Made by a program: the position numbers and the translations under genes
Assembly: GCA_052327205.1 (NCBI GenBank)
Contig: CM126209.1
Location: 33,914,001 to 33,978,000, forward strand
Length of the DNA: 64,000 bases
Direction of reading: 5' to 3'
Source of the DNA: Somniosus microcephalus
Lineage: Eukaryota
Notes under the pieces: generated by a model
The model's input: only the letters and a program-made list of their open reading frames with translations
Told to the model about the DNA's origin: nothing
Database searches by the model: none
In this document: positions 1-13,149 of the stretch, one piece after another
How the letters are laid out: each line of letters starts with the position of its first letter
Numbering within the stretch: position 1 is the stretch's first letter

Positions 1-2408
1 TTAAAAACTTTTCCACCAACAGCATCTGGCACACGTACAAGGCAGATTAGTGTTCAGAGGAAGGTATGCTGAGAATTTAGTGAGAAACAACCTGTCATGA
101 TACTGAATTGCAAATGTTGGACGTAAAGCAGTCACATAATCATCAACAGCTCACAGTAGGAAGATTTCCTCTGCTCGCTATCTGTAGTGCAATCATAAAC
201 ACATTCTTTATGATTTTGCTTTGAACAGAAGCATGCGCAACCCCCAGAATATTGGTCAGTAGCCACATGCTCAAGGCTCACATTGATTAGGGGGTTTAAC
301 AGTGTTTGCATTCAACAAGATGTGAACGGACATCAGAGGTACACAACAGCACATGGCTTATCAACTTTTCTGTTTTCTAACAGTTTGCACAGGAACAATT
401 TAAATTGGGCATTTCAGTTCCAAAACATTACTTCAATACACAAAGCAACAGATGTCAAGCAACTATTTATCTGGAGTTCAATTACATACAAAGCTCCAAA
501 TATTGTCCACTGTGACCAAAACCTGCATTGCAGAACTGCCCCACACAATGGAAGCTTTTCACTGTCCAGATAAATCAAACGGTGTTTCTAAACACTATCT
601 TCTCACAAGTCACAATAAGATTTGATCAGAACAAGTTATTGACGTGTTCGTACATTAACAGGAATACAAACTACACACTTCCCTCTGCACACTTATTTTT
701 CTCAATTTTTAAAAAGATAAAACTCACAAAGTATAGCTACTTTGATCGCCACGGGCAACAAGCAAAAATTTTAACAGGCGCCAAAGTTGATAAAGGGAAC
801 CATCTCCTGGTAGTTCCTGAGGTTTCGCCAGCCACATAGAAGAGTTCATATCCAACTATAATGGGCAGAGCAGTTATCTAAAACACTCCACTGAAACTCA
901 CCAGGCCACCAATTTATTCCGCTCTCGTTAGCGAGAAAGAGAAAGAATTCTTGCCAAATAAAAGAAACAATAAATAGCCCTAGACAAAAAAAGTTTTTCT
1001 TTCATTTGTTGGTTCATTTGTACATCAGCAACACACTAAATACTATAAACAACAATAAAGAGGAAACCAAAATTCATGCACAATAGATGTTGCCAGAAAG
1101 CTACCATAAAGCCTGGCTCCAGTCTTTTTGGACAAATTGTGCCAGAATAATATCTTATAAATTTAACAATTGGACTATTAATCAGGACTTGATAATATAA
1201 CAAAGGACGGTATACAGGTGTTTTGTTAGCAGCTGTAGCGGATCACACAGTGATAATTGGGGTCAAAGAATGACCTATTGTGCAGTGTTCAGACCGTCAC
1301 TGGAGCAGAGCAAAGAACATTGCTTAGGGTTCACTTGTGCTTGTGAATACAGAACAGGAATGCTGCTGGAAAGGGAAAAGGACATCATGATCCTGCACAA
1401 CTCTATAGCTACTTTTATACTGTACCATTTTAATATAGGTCCCAAGAGACTGATGTCCATGAGCTAGCTCCTGGCATTTATCCTGATAAATCTGGCTCCC
1501 TTATCATAGCAACAGACACTCGGGCTCGCAAAAATCAGGGTCTACAAGTCTGCTGCTGGGATAAGAGAGCAACATTTAGCAGGATGAGTGCCAGGAGATG
1601 GTGCACGAGCCATGGTCTCCCAGAAGTCACATTAGAAATGGCCAATATAAAGTATCAAGTGCCACAACAGAAACACTCACTTCTGCCCCACAGAGCTCTG
1701 CTGTGCAGCTTTTTCAAACTGGATCAGAGAAGACAACATTAAAACACTGGTGGTCACACTTCCAGGTCTGGCACAGTCAATGGGACTCCTTTTTGCTGCA
1801 CTGTGGTTGTGAACACTGAAGTCAATTTTACAAACGGAGGGACAGGGGAGAAAGTTAACTTGCAACATCTCTACATACAATGATACCAGTTGAAATATGT
1901 TTTGGTGCTTCAGAGGCTTCCACTTCACAGGATCAACTGGTAATCTATTTTCTACTGATGTTGAGCCCTATTTCAGAGGCTTCTGAAAATGAGCCATACC
2001 CCCAATGTTTTCTATAAAGATAAGTGAAACTAGAAAGGGAACTGAAGCGCTGTTGCTAAAATAACGAGCAGGGCACTTTTTTTTTTTTTAAAGTAGTGTT
2101 TTTTTGCCTCTTGCCAAGGACCAGAAACAGCAACCTTACTTGCTTTGCACAAAACCAGCAAGCACCTTTTTGTTCATTTGGTAAAAATTGATGCAGTTCC
2201 TTCCTTAGCAAAAGGTACATCATACACAATAGTGTATCACAGATCCTATGTGTGCCGAAGTCTATGGTACACATTAGCGGCAATAAGACCAGTTCACATA
2301 GCTCATTTAACATCAGTTTTATTTTTGTTAGATGCTACTTAAAAATAAAAACATCAAGCTCCAATTGATCCCACTGAAGCAAAGAAAATGCATCTAGCCA
2401 CTACTTAC
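1..2408 (-). other. TCF7L2: 5' part of the intron downstream of the TCF7L2 exon
   Basis: Begins with canonical GTAAGT donor (plus-strand acttac at 2403-2408). Confidence 0.85.
1468..1597. repeat. 130-bp imperfect palindrome (MITE-like relic)
   Basis: Arm 1468-1517 matches the reverse complement of 1548-1597 at 41/50 positions without gaps; 30-nt spacer. Confidence 0.85.
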
Positions 2409-2510
2409 AACAATATGTGCTGGAGATGGTGACCTAGCATCCTTCAGTCCTTGCCTACCCTGTAGGCTCCCTGCCTGTACATCAATCAATGGCCATTTCA
2501 TCTGCAGGTA
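2409..2510 (-). CDS. TCF7L2: Internal coding exon of transcription factor 7-like 2 (equivalent to human exon 5), phase 0/0
   Basis: Minus strand reads pyrimidine tract ...ttcccatctccAG|TACCTGCAGATGAAATGG...CATATTGTT|GTAAGT. 102 bp encoding [34 protein letters not shown], which differs at 3 of 34 positions from the human TCF7L2 segment as I recall it ([34 protein letters not shown]); the TCF7L1 equivalent is shorter and different. Confidence 0.95.
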
Positions 2511-4599
2511 CTGGAGATGGGAAACAGAATAAAGGAAGATGATTAAAATAAAATAAAACAAAAATCCATAAATACAAATCAACATAAACACAAAATGAGA
2601 AAATATAAAGATGAATTGTCATAAACAAAACATTTGCTGTGAAGAATAATGTCCTTGACATAGCTCTGTATAATTGTTTTACCTTCCACAACATGCACAT
2701 TTGTACTAAATATTTAGGACAATAAAACTGGGCTAGTTTGTGAATTTACTTCCATTTGTAAAGCACCAACACCCCTTTTCGTTCAATCCTCCAGTTTGTT
2801 TTTTCTTTCTATACTTCTAGCCAGTCTGAATTCATTTCCCTGGTTTCCAACTCTTCAGATCTACTACACCAACATGTGTTTGAGCACTCGAGCATCGAGA
2901 TGACTGGGTCAAAATTGAAAAAGGAAACACTCAGGTTCGGAACAGGGTGGAGATAAATAGGCAAAAATAAACTTTACAGAATTGGCTGGGCTGGGTTGGG
3001 GGAAGAATACGGAGTTGGATAAACTCTTAATTTGAAGGAATGACCGGATGAGGGAAGGAACAGGTGCAGTTGAGTAGAACTTAATGGAGTTGAGGTGATG
3101 AGTTCTATGGGAAACTAGCACTAGAATTTAAACTAGCAAGGTGGCAAGCTGTTTGTTAAAAATTCAGAATTACACTCTACCACAATTTTTGTTATCAATA
3201 CTCTAAAGAGGCAGTATCCCCATAGTAATAGAATGCCAAAGAAGTGGCATTAATATCAAAGAATTGGAATATATCAGCATTCTAGCTCTGCAAACCTAAC
3301 TATTACATTCCAGGATAGCGACGCTGGTTAAAGTGTCAAACTAAAAATAACCCAATTTAGCTACGCATTTACGTAAAAAGCCATTTTTTCCCACATTTGT
3401 AAAGATATTACGTGAATTACTTCACTGGCAAATAACGCCAATGATTAAAATAGCAAGTGTTTCCCCCCCCCCCCCCCCCCCCCTTGGAAACATGTGCCGA
3501 TATGTACACAAAACACAAGATTAATTCTAGCCAATTCTTGCTTTACAAACGGAGCTATCCATAGGGCCACAATACTGACCATTACAGCTATTTAATGACA
3601 CTTCTAAATCATAAAAAATCTGATTTTCTAAAGGCATTGGATTCTTAGCATTGCCTCTGGGGATTCTAAAGAATGCACACATGGAGCACATCGCACATAC
3701 CTTCTCAGGAAAAGATCTTCAATCACACTGACCTGTCACAGAACTATGACTTAATAGTTATCTCGGAACCCAACTGGATAGTTGCAGGTGTTCTAGTAAT
3801 GTTATTATTTTAAAAAAGCATATAGGGATATTTGTTGAAGAAATACAAAGTAAAACGTATTATTAAAACAATGTCTAAAGTCAAAACCAAAACATATTCT
3901 CTTGTGGTTGATATTAAACTCCTTTCCGGTGAAGGCCCACATTCCATTTGACAACATATTCTAAAAACACACATTTTGGGCCATTCTTTCATTATAAATT
4001 ACTCATCACCATTTGAGCTGTGATCTTATTCGTGAAGCTGCTCTTGAACTTTTATATGTTAATAGGACAAACTTCATCTTGTAGTTGAGTGGCTTGACGA
4101 CAATGAATAATGGAGTACAGTACTATCAAAAATAGCCTCAAATCATTATTGTAAAACTGTTTCAAATTTGGATAGTTGCAATCACATTTCAGTCCTTGAA
4201 AGCTCACTATATATACACACATACACAAGCACATCCACACACTCTCAGTTCAGCCAACTGCTTGTGTGGCTTTTCACAATCTCTACTGATATGCTTAGAG
4301 AGGAAGTCTTATCAGAACCAGTTTTCTAAAAAAAAAATGTAGCAAGGATTTCTGATTAAAATGAAACATCTTTTCATTTTGCTACATCCACTACATTCAA
4401 GTTTTGTGAATATTTTAACAGAGTGCTTATGAGATAACGAGGGGTACTGAGTCTGAAAGTGCATATGAGTGAGCACATGCACCAATACTCAAGGACTTCT
4501 ATATTAGGACTTTTGCCTCTACCACCGATAACTTAGTTCTTTTGTCCTGTCCCAAACATTTTTTTGTTGGTTTTGTCAAGTTTCTAAACTTGCCACCAC

Positions 4600-4790
4600 A
4601 AGGAGTAGTTGAGGTGAATAGCATAGATGCATTTAAAGGGAAGCTGAATAAGCACACGAGGGAGAAAGGAATGGAAGAATATGTTGATGGGGTTAGATGA
4701 AGAGGGGTGGGAGGAGGCTCGTGTGGAGCATAAACACCACATGGACCTGTTGGGCCGAATGGCCTGTTTCTGTGCTGTAAATACTATGTA
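4600..4790 (+). mobile_element. CR1-type LINE 3' end fragment
   Basis: gtagttgaggtgaatagcatagatgcatttaaagggaagct ... gggccgaatggcctgtttctgtgctgta, the CR1 3' terminus seen in other copies here. Confidence 0.75.
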
Positions 4791-5064
4791 AAAGAACTCA
4801 TGCTGACATTATCATTTGGATAACTGGTTCTTAATGATTATTAATTTTTTTAATTAAGTGTAGTGCTAGTGAGATTATTGCCTTCCACACCTTCTCCAGA
4901 ACCAGGTGATCAATACCAAGATGACCCAAAACAAAACTAGTTTGTCTCATTAACAATGGAGACCCGAGGGGGGGGGGGGGGGGGGAAAGAGAGAATCTCA
5001 AGAGAAACCATGCACGTGGATCACTTCTTGAAATGAAATTCTTCTAGTTATGTCTGCAAATGTG

Positions 5065-5320
5065 ACATCCAATTTCTGGACAGCAAGATCCAACAAACAG
5101 CAAATGAATGGCCACATAATCTGTTATTGGTGTTGGTCAGAATAGTGCAATGGGATCATTTACTTCCTCCTGAGCAGGCAGACAGTATAATGCCCCTCCC
5201 GCCTCCCCATCCCAACAACTCAGTACTGCACTTAACTGCTAGCCTGGATTATGACCTCAAGTGGGACTTGAACTCTCAACTTCTGTCTCTGTGACCAAAT
5301 GAGCCAAGTTGTTACCTACA
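5065..5320 (-). mobile_element. Degenerate Deu-domain SINE
   Basis: cagcaagatccaacaaacagc is the reverse complement of the Deu core (gctgtttgtgggatcttgctg); tRNA-like head remnant near 5262-5310. Boundaries approximate. Confidence 0.55.
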
Positions 5321-7635
5321 ATCTCCGCTTACAGAATCAGAAGATCTACCTCTTCAATACAAAGAAACTATTCTAGTATTACTTGTGTGGTACTTCACTC
5401 ATCTAGATACACCTAGTTATTTAGGTTTAATACGACTAAATTGCATTTTGCCATATTAGTTCTCTGTACAGTTGTGCTTTCAGTACTCTGAACATTATCT
5501 GGATTTGCTATTTTACATCCAGTTTTCCCTTGAAACACTTCAATATTAACTTTTTGTTCTTGAGCCAAAAAACAATCCTGACCCAGTAGAATAATCCCAT
5601 TATTTAACTAACCTTTACATCAAAAATTAAATATTTTCCAGAATTAAAATCTGAATGCATTAACACTCCTCAAAATACAACATTCAAATTTCCTATTAGC
5701 CACTGGGATACACAGTACACACAGGAAGTGTTCTCACTTTCTTCATCCATTTATTTATAGGTTTTGTGCTTCTCAAGGAAAAATGTATCATAGCCGTGTA
5801 ATGGCATCTAGAGTCAGCATCAAAAACTCCCAGGTTAGCTGCAATACAGGGTGGGTAAAGCTTCCTCTACTTTGCCTTAAAAGAGCACCTCCTCCCCGCT
5901 TTTTCACTTTCTACATGTTTACCTCCCAAGTGAGATTCAAATTTTAATCCTGAATTATGCTGATTAATAGATGGTTTTGTGCTTTGTATCCATGTCTAAC
6001 TAAATTGAGAGCACCCAAACTTATTTCACACAAGGACCCTCACACTTTCAACCCATCAATCTGGGATGGATCTAAACCCATGTCCCACAAGTGAAAAGCC
6101 ACCATGCATTCATTCGCACTGCAATACTCAGTCCTATATCACTGCTATAATGCATACGAGTTCTAAAACCAGGCACACCCTGACCTCTAACTTGCAATAT
6201 AAACCAATCTACTCACAGCAGCCAATATAAACCAGACCCACCTATGTGGTTGGTTTTGTGTCTGAATGAATTTGGATGCACACTAATGTAAATCAGCAAC
6301 GGGTTCCATATACAACTCCCATTTTAACTAGGCCTCCCTAATTCTGCCACAACATTTCCTTTCTGCAAATACTGCTCCAGTCCACCACTTCTACTTGTGA
6401 GGACTCCCCAGTGCTCGGGTAATATCACCAAAACACCTTCATGGATGCCATATACAGAACAAAATATATCAATGGTTCTCATTATAATTGAGGTTCGCAT
6501 TATAATTGAGGTATTGGTTGAATGCTAGAAAAGTAGTGTGTTCAGATAGCACTGTAGGTAGAAGAAGAAAGGATTGCAATCCACAAAGAGCTTTTATCAC
6601 ACTACAACAGAAAGGTTATTCCCAGAGGTCAAAATGAGTTTTTAAAAAAATCAATATTATCCCTCAGTGGCAATTATTAAATGTTGAAGAAATTTAATAG
6701 ATACATTGGGACATTTTCTGTTGTGGTCAGTCTACATCATTCCGTCGACTTCAGTAAAACTGACCCCACTAATTGAAAGAAATGGTAATTTACACAAGTA
6801 CAACAGCTTGTGTCAAAAAACAGCCAACATGAGCAAGAAAATAAATAAAAATCAAGATGGTTCAGCTTCAGTTTGGGAGTTGATGCTGAATTTTTCTAAA
6901 GTCCGAGTACCAGTCATTAAAAACATGAATGGCATCCGCAAGTGAATTTGTGATGGCGAGTGAACACAGCTGCTGCCGGCCTGCCTTCCCTTGAAGCAGT
7001 TTTCACCGGACCTACCTCAGACTTCTGCCCCCTCCATGACGCTAAAAGGTAACCAATTTCCTTTCTTTGCTCATTTTTATACCCACAGTCAAAGGTCCCA
7101 ATCTCCAGAGCGGTCCCATGAAATCCAGCTTGTGAGCAGCTAAAAGGGCCGCAGCCAGGCAGGCTGGCGAGTGGCTTTTGTTTGCCGCTATTGTGATAAA
7201 CGGGGCAGCTTCACCAAGAGCAAGTAACTCAATGTTCACAGCTGCTTTCCGATGTGCCACTGCAGCGGAATGTTGGTAGGCTTTCCAGCTTGTATCTTTG
7301 ATTGGGTGACCATCTCTTGTCTACGTACCTTGTATCTATGGCTGCCAATACTGCTCCATGATTAGCTAATTGGATGTGTGGGTTCTGTGGTATTTGCGAA
7401 CACGATCAGTTTTTCCTTAATGCTATACCCTCTTTCCCCCCCACCCGACTGCCGCAACGAAGTGGCCTGAGTCATCACAACAGTCCATCCAAAAGTCCAA
7501 CCAGGAATTGGCAGCCATTTTCCTTATTAGTTTCTAGTATGCTCAGAAGCATAAATCAGACATTAAAAGTTTTTTTTAAATCCTGACAATATAATCAATG
7601 TTAAAGTGTCTATTCGAGGTACTTTTGTCACTATT

Positions 7636-8637
7636 AACGTGTATTTATATAGCGCCTTTAATGTAGTAAAACGTTCCAAGGCGCTTCAAAGGAGTATTAG
7701 AAGACAAAAAAATTGACACCGAGCCACATAAAAAATTAGGACAGATGACCAAAAGCTTGATCAAAGAGGTAGGTTTTAAGGAGCGTCTTAAAGGAGCAAA
7801 GAGAGGGAAAGAGACGGAGAGGTTTAGGGAGGCAGTTCCAGAGCTTAGGGCCTATGGAGCTGAAGACACGGCCACCAATGGTTGAGCAATTATAAATCAG
7901 GGATGCTCAAGGCGGCAGAACTTGAGGAATGCAGATATTCCGGGGGGGGGTTGTGGGGCTGAAGGAGATTACACAGATAGGGAGGGGCGAGGCCATGGAG
8001 GAATTTAAAAACAAGGAATGAGAATTTTGAAATCGAGGCATTGCTTAACCAGAAGCCAATGTAGGTCAGCGATGGGTGAACGGGACTTGGTGCGAGTTAG
8101 GACACAGGCAGCCGAGTTTTGGATCACCTCAAGTTTACGTAGGGTAGAATGTGGGAGGACAGCTAGGAGTGCGTTGGAATAGTCAAGTCTAGAGGTAACA
8201 AAGGCATGGATGTGGGTTTAAGCAGCAGATGAGCTGAGGCAGTGGCGGAGATGGGCGATGTTACGGAGGTGGAAATAGGCAGTCTTAGTTATGCTGTGGA
8301 TATGTGGTCGGAAGCTCATTTCAGGGTCAAATATGACACCAAGGTTGCGAACAGTGCGGTTCAGCCTCAGACAGATGTTAGGGACAGAGATGGAGTCAGT
8401 GGCTAGGGAACGGAGCTTGTGGCGGGGACCGAAGACAATGGCTTCGGGCTTCCCAATAATTAATTGGAGAAAATTTCTGCTCATCCAGTAGTGGATGTCG
8501 GACAAGCAGTGCGTCAACTTAGAGACCGTGGAGGGGTTGAGAGAAGTGGTGCTGAGGTACAGCTGGGTGTCGTCAGCGTACGTGTGGAAACTGATGCTGT
8601 GTTTTCGGATGGTGTCGCTAAGTGGCAGCATATACAA
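7636..8637 (-). mobile_element. L2 LINE, 5'-truncated (RT C-terminus and 3' UTR)
   Basis: ORF 8218-8637 has [26 protein letters not shown] and AYFHLRNIA motifs; L2-type 3' end (ggcgctatataaatac on minus). Confidence 0.92.
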
Positions 8638-10474
8638 GCAAACTGTGACTTCAATTTTTTAGATGGGGGTTGGGGGGTTTAATCATGTTTCACTAAAAAA
8701 ATGGAAAGCCAAATCTTGGTGGCCTACTGCGTGCATGCCATTTGGACAAGGCTCTTTATTTAATTTTTGGAACATGCATACAAGTTATACTGTAGTCGGC
8801 AAAGAGTTAATGCATAAAAGGTTTCTTTGTTGCAGCTTTCTTAACTATGGAGCTAGGTCAGTTTAACAACTATTGAGTGCAGGGTTTTCTAGCCAAGTTA
8901 CTTATCAAATGGATTTGTGCAGAGGAAGCCAGGGGAAAGATAGGTCCTCAACTTGCTACAGATTTGATTTACGATTTCACATTTTAGTCAAATTGGCTGC
9001 AAAATAAAACAAAGCCCAGAGCCAAAAGCACTGCAGAAAAAGAAAGACTTACAGTGGAATTAAAAAACATCTAGAAAGTTCCAAAACCTGCTGATCTGCT
9101 TTTTCGGGTTTAACTTTTATTACCAACGCAACTTATTTTTCCCCGTGTCTTTACCTGAACCACATAATGTTTTATGTGTCTGCATTTTAGTGCTGCAAGT
9201 CTGCACAACATGTAATTTTCAATTATGTTAAGGCATAACAAGATCACTGCTTGTAGTGCCTTGTGAGTGTGAGGAAATGAGACTCAGCCCTACTGCAGAG
9301 AGAGATAACCAGAGCCAGATGGGCACAAGCAGTCCTACAGAGTTACGTAGTAGTAACCACCCCACAAACAATTCACTCACACAATGGAAACAGACGCCAG
9401 ATAATTGCTGAGGCCCCATGCTTTCTGCACATAGCATACAGCGTTAAATTCTAGACTAGGAAAGTATGGAGGAAGCACAGGTCAAGAGGTTTAATGACAA
9501 ATTGCCATAAGCAGAAATATTTCTGCAAGACTTAAAACTGGATTTCCTACTTGTACAGGTAGGAAAAAAATATTTGAATAGTTATCCTTTATTCCTTACC
9601 CCCAAATAAACTCAAAAATAACTTTTGAAAGTACAAATCCATGACTAAAGTTACACAAAGGAGTAAAATGCCTACAGACTTTTTAAAAATAAAAATAAAA
9701 AGAACTTTATTGAACTTTCTTTTTTAATCCAACTGCTGGTTTGGCAGAATTATTTATTTTATTTTAAACCCCCAAAAGAATCCACTACCCATTTTAATAC
9801 AACGGGCAGCCAGGCTATAGAGCATGGGATCCCAATTCAGTGTCCGAGATCAAGATTCCAGGCTCTCCTTCGCTCATCGAGGGGTCTTTCACTGTCTCTT
9901 AGCTAAGCTGCTCAAAAAACCCCAATGTTCATTCACCCTCTTAAAACTAAAACCCCTCTCCCCCAACCAACAGCCCCTATTGTACTGTTATTATCTCTTA
10001 ATTAGACAAGTAGAGGAAAAAAACGAATTCCAATATAACTTAACATACAAGATTATCTCAGGCTGTTCTCAGTGCTATCTTCCAACATCTCAACACCACG
10101 TGGTATACATGTATGTACGTGTATATAAAGACACACACACACACACACACTAGTTTCAATAGTAAAGTTAACTTTTCTACAATACTCAGATTTCATGCAA
10201 TCGGATAGGAAAGCATTTAATGGGTAAATTGGCCACACTCTTGAGAAACCACAGCTATCTTATTAAGGGTGGCAGCAACGCCCAAGTGAATACCAATGAC
10301 GATCTAGAGAACAAAGGGAAAGTATGACAAGTGATCTTAACCAAATAAAAGGGAAGTCAGAAGACTCTTTAATCTAGTCCAATTAGAATTAGCAGTTTGT
10401 ACAGCTTTAAAAATCAAATACTTTTAAACAAATGCTTAATTATTAAATACACGGAACCATTATAAATGAATAGG

Positions 10475-11103
10475 GCCCCTGCCTCAGCTCATCCGCTGCT
10501 GAAACCCTCATCCATGCCTTTGTTACCTCTGGACTTGACTATTCCAGCGCACTCCTGGCTGGCATCCCACATTCTACCCTACGTAGACTCGAGATGATCC
10601 AAAACTTGCAGCCCGTGTCCTAACTCACACCAAGTCCTGTTCACCCATCACCCCTGTGCTCACTGACCTATATTGGCTCCCGGTTGAGCAACGCCTCGAT
10701 TTCAAAATTCTCAGCCTTGTTTTCAAATCTCTCCATGGCCTCGCCCCTCCCCATCTCTGTAATCTCCTTCAGCCTCACAACCCCCCCCGAGATATCTGCG
10801 CTCCTCAAATTCTGGCCTCTTGAGCATCCCTGATTATAATCACTCAACCATTGGTGGCTGTGCCTTCTGTTGCCTAGGCCCGAAGCTCTGAAATTCCCTG
10901 CTTAAACACCTCTTTCCTCCTTTAAGACGCTCCTTAAAACCTACCTCTTTGACCAAGCTTTTGGTCACCTGCTCTAATTTCTCCTTATGTGGCTCGGTGT
11001 CAAATTTTTTTTGTCTTATAATACTCCTGTGAAGTGCTTTGGGACACTTTACTACATTAAAAGGTGCTTTATAAATACAAGCAGTAGCTACTGTTGTTGT
11101 TGT
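10475..11103 (+). mobile_element. L2 LINE 3' fragment, same family as 7636-8637, opposite orientation
   Basis: gctgaaaccctcatccatgcctttgttacctct (AETLIHAFVTS) through tttataaatacaag plus (tgt)n tail; aligns by eye to the reverse complement of about 7636-8245. Confidence 0.92.
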
Positions 11104-11614
11104 AAAGAAAACCAAGTTAGTATTTCAGGTGTAATTCTTCATCAGTTGTGGTGAAAGGTTACATCCAAAAGTGAACTTGTCTTTCCTCGTTACAAATGCT
11201 GACAGATCTCAGTATTTCTGTTTCTACAACACTTTCTGTTTTCATTTCCAATTTCCAACATTTGATTTTTTTTTTTTTTTTAAATGGAAAACCTGCTGGG
11301 TTAAGCAACACATTTCCGATCCCTAATTGTTCACACTAAGCACACACCATTAAGCACATCGATTAGTAACAACATGTACTGCAAACTCCAAACACTGCAG
11401 TTTTAAACCATCTCTTACATCTTTGTAGACAGTAATAAGAAGCAGTCTATTTTGGTACAAATGGTTAATGCTGTGTGTGTGTCTGTGTTAATCACACGTG
11501 CACCTGCATGTGTATAAACTGAAATAACAGTAATGCAAGATGTGATAGCACAGTCTGTTTTATATGGCATCCACTGATCACACAGGCTTCCAGTTGACTG
11601 GTAGAAACTGTCTA

Positions 11615-11827
11615 CTGGTACTTTAATGCTCCCCTTTATATATTACAATTAAATTCACACTGGCAGTTAATGCTTCCTTTATATTAGATGCACACTGGTA
11701 CTTTAATATTCCCTTTATATTACTATTACATCCACATTGTCACTTAATGTCCCCTTTATATTACATCCATACTGGTACTTAATGCCTCCTTTATATTACC
11801 TTCATACCAGAGTTTAATGCCCCTTTT
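11615..11827. repeat. Degenerate minisatellite, about 6 units of 35-45 bp
   Basis: Recurring ctggta(c)tt(t)aatgct/cccctttatatta...cac(a) units. Confidence 0.8.
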
Positions 11828-12581
11828 GTAGCATATGTTCAAGTAGGAACAGTTCTCTAATCATGAGCTCTAGAATCTGTATCATTTATATTGCACAGTA
11901 CAGGCAGCAATAGACAAATACACAATTTTATACACGCACGGTTGTTTGAAAATCATAATCGCCACTTCCAATTTTAGCAGCCAGGCAATCCCCAATGGCT
12001 GCAGAACATCAATACAGGCCCACAATGGAAAAACGGTTGCCATCAGCAGTATTTATATTTGCTACAGTCAGCTCTACTGCCTCAGGAGGAACCGAGGAAA
12101 ACCACTGCTTCTTTGGAGTGCTGCTGTCAGCGACAATACTGGAGTTTAGAGGGGTCATTAGGTCATCCAGACATACACCAAAAGATCAAAATCTAGGAAA
12201 GCAGCAAGACACCCTGCCCAATGATATTACACATCCTGGACTTGTGGATGGAAGTACAGTATCAGCTAAACCTAGGATCAGACCAACAGAGAAGTACTCT
12301 GATCCACACAGCTTGGGCACAGGATGAACAAATTTAAGTGATGTGAGGGAAAGCAAACCGAAGATTTAAAAGTCAGACTTCAAGTAATGAAATACAGTAT
12401 GGCACAACGTGTTCCCCTTTATACTGTGGGTCATCTCTGAAATCAGGACAGCCAACAGCAGCAACCCTGCCGCATGAAGAATCCAATGATCTTGGTGTTG
12501 GAAGCACTACAACTCTCTTAGAACAGGGTTTCACTCCCTGCCTCCATCCTGAAAGTACCACAGGACTGTCAGACCTGCCTT

Positions 12582-12853
12582 TAAGAACATAAGAATTAGG
12601 AGCAGGAGTAGGCCATACGGCCCCTCGAGTCTGCTCCGCCATTCGATAAGATCCTGCCTGATCTTCGACCTCAACTCCACTTTCCTGCCCTATCCTCATA
12701 TCCCTCGATTCCACTGGAGTCCAAAAATATATCTATCTCAGCCTTGAATATACTCAACGATGAGCATCCACAGCTCTCTGGGGCAGAGAATTTCAAAGAT
12801 TCACAACCCTCAGTGAAGAAATTCCTCCTCATCTCAGTCTTAAAAGGCTGACC
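12582..12853 (-). mobile_element. CR1 LINE 3' fragment
   Basis: Minus-strand peptide PFKTEMRRNFFT...SLSIFKAEIDIFLDSSGIEGY; aagaacataagaa tail; same family as 28114-28746. Confidence 0.9.
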
Positions 12854-13149
12854 CATAAGAACCTCCTTTATGGAGGTTTGGCTACTTGTGAGATGTGTCA
12901 TCATTGTAGTCAAATGCAAAATAAAGACAATTAAATGAACTGCAAAGTTGGTGCTTATAAGCAGGTTGAAGTGAGAATCCTTTCTTAAGGCAGGTTTGAA
13001 GAATGATCCAGAGCGATTATATGCACCTTCCAGGGGACAGCCCAACCTAATTGCTGCCTGTGACACATGCTTTATCTGACAGTTAGATTAACACTACTAA
13101 AATAATTACAAAGAATGAATGACTATGTACACTTTAATTGTACTTTTCT

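Noticed and set aside
283-2342. Short ORFs here and throughout the track (60-140 aa)
   Set aside because: No recognisable domains or splice context; expected by chance in intronic DNA. Many others are antisense frames of TE ORFs.
3463-3483. Long C/G homopolymers (also near 4970, 43710, 44910) and (CA)n near 10131
   Set aside because: Ordinary simple repeats; lengths may be sequencing-dependent.
11615-11827. Spaced repeats superficially like a CRISPR array (also 22480-22690 and 38948-39062)
   Set aside because: Eukaryotic context, degenerate units, no unique spacers of constant length, no cas genes.
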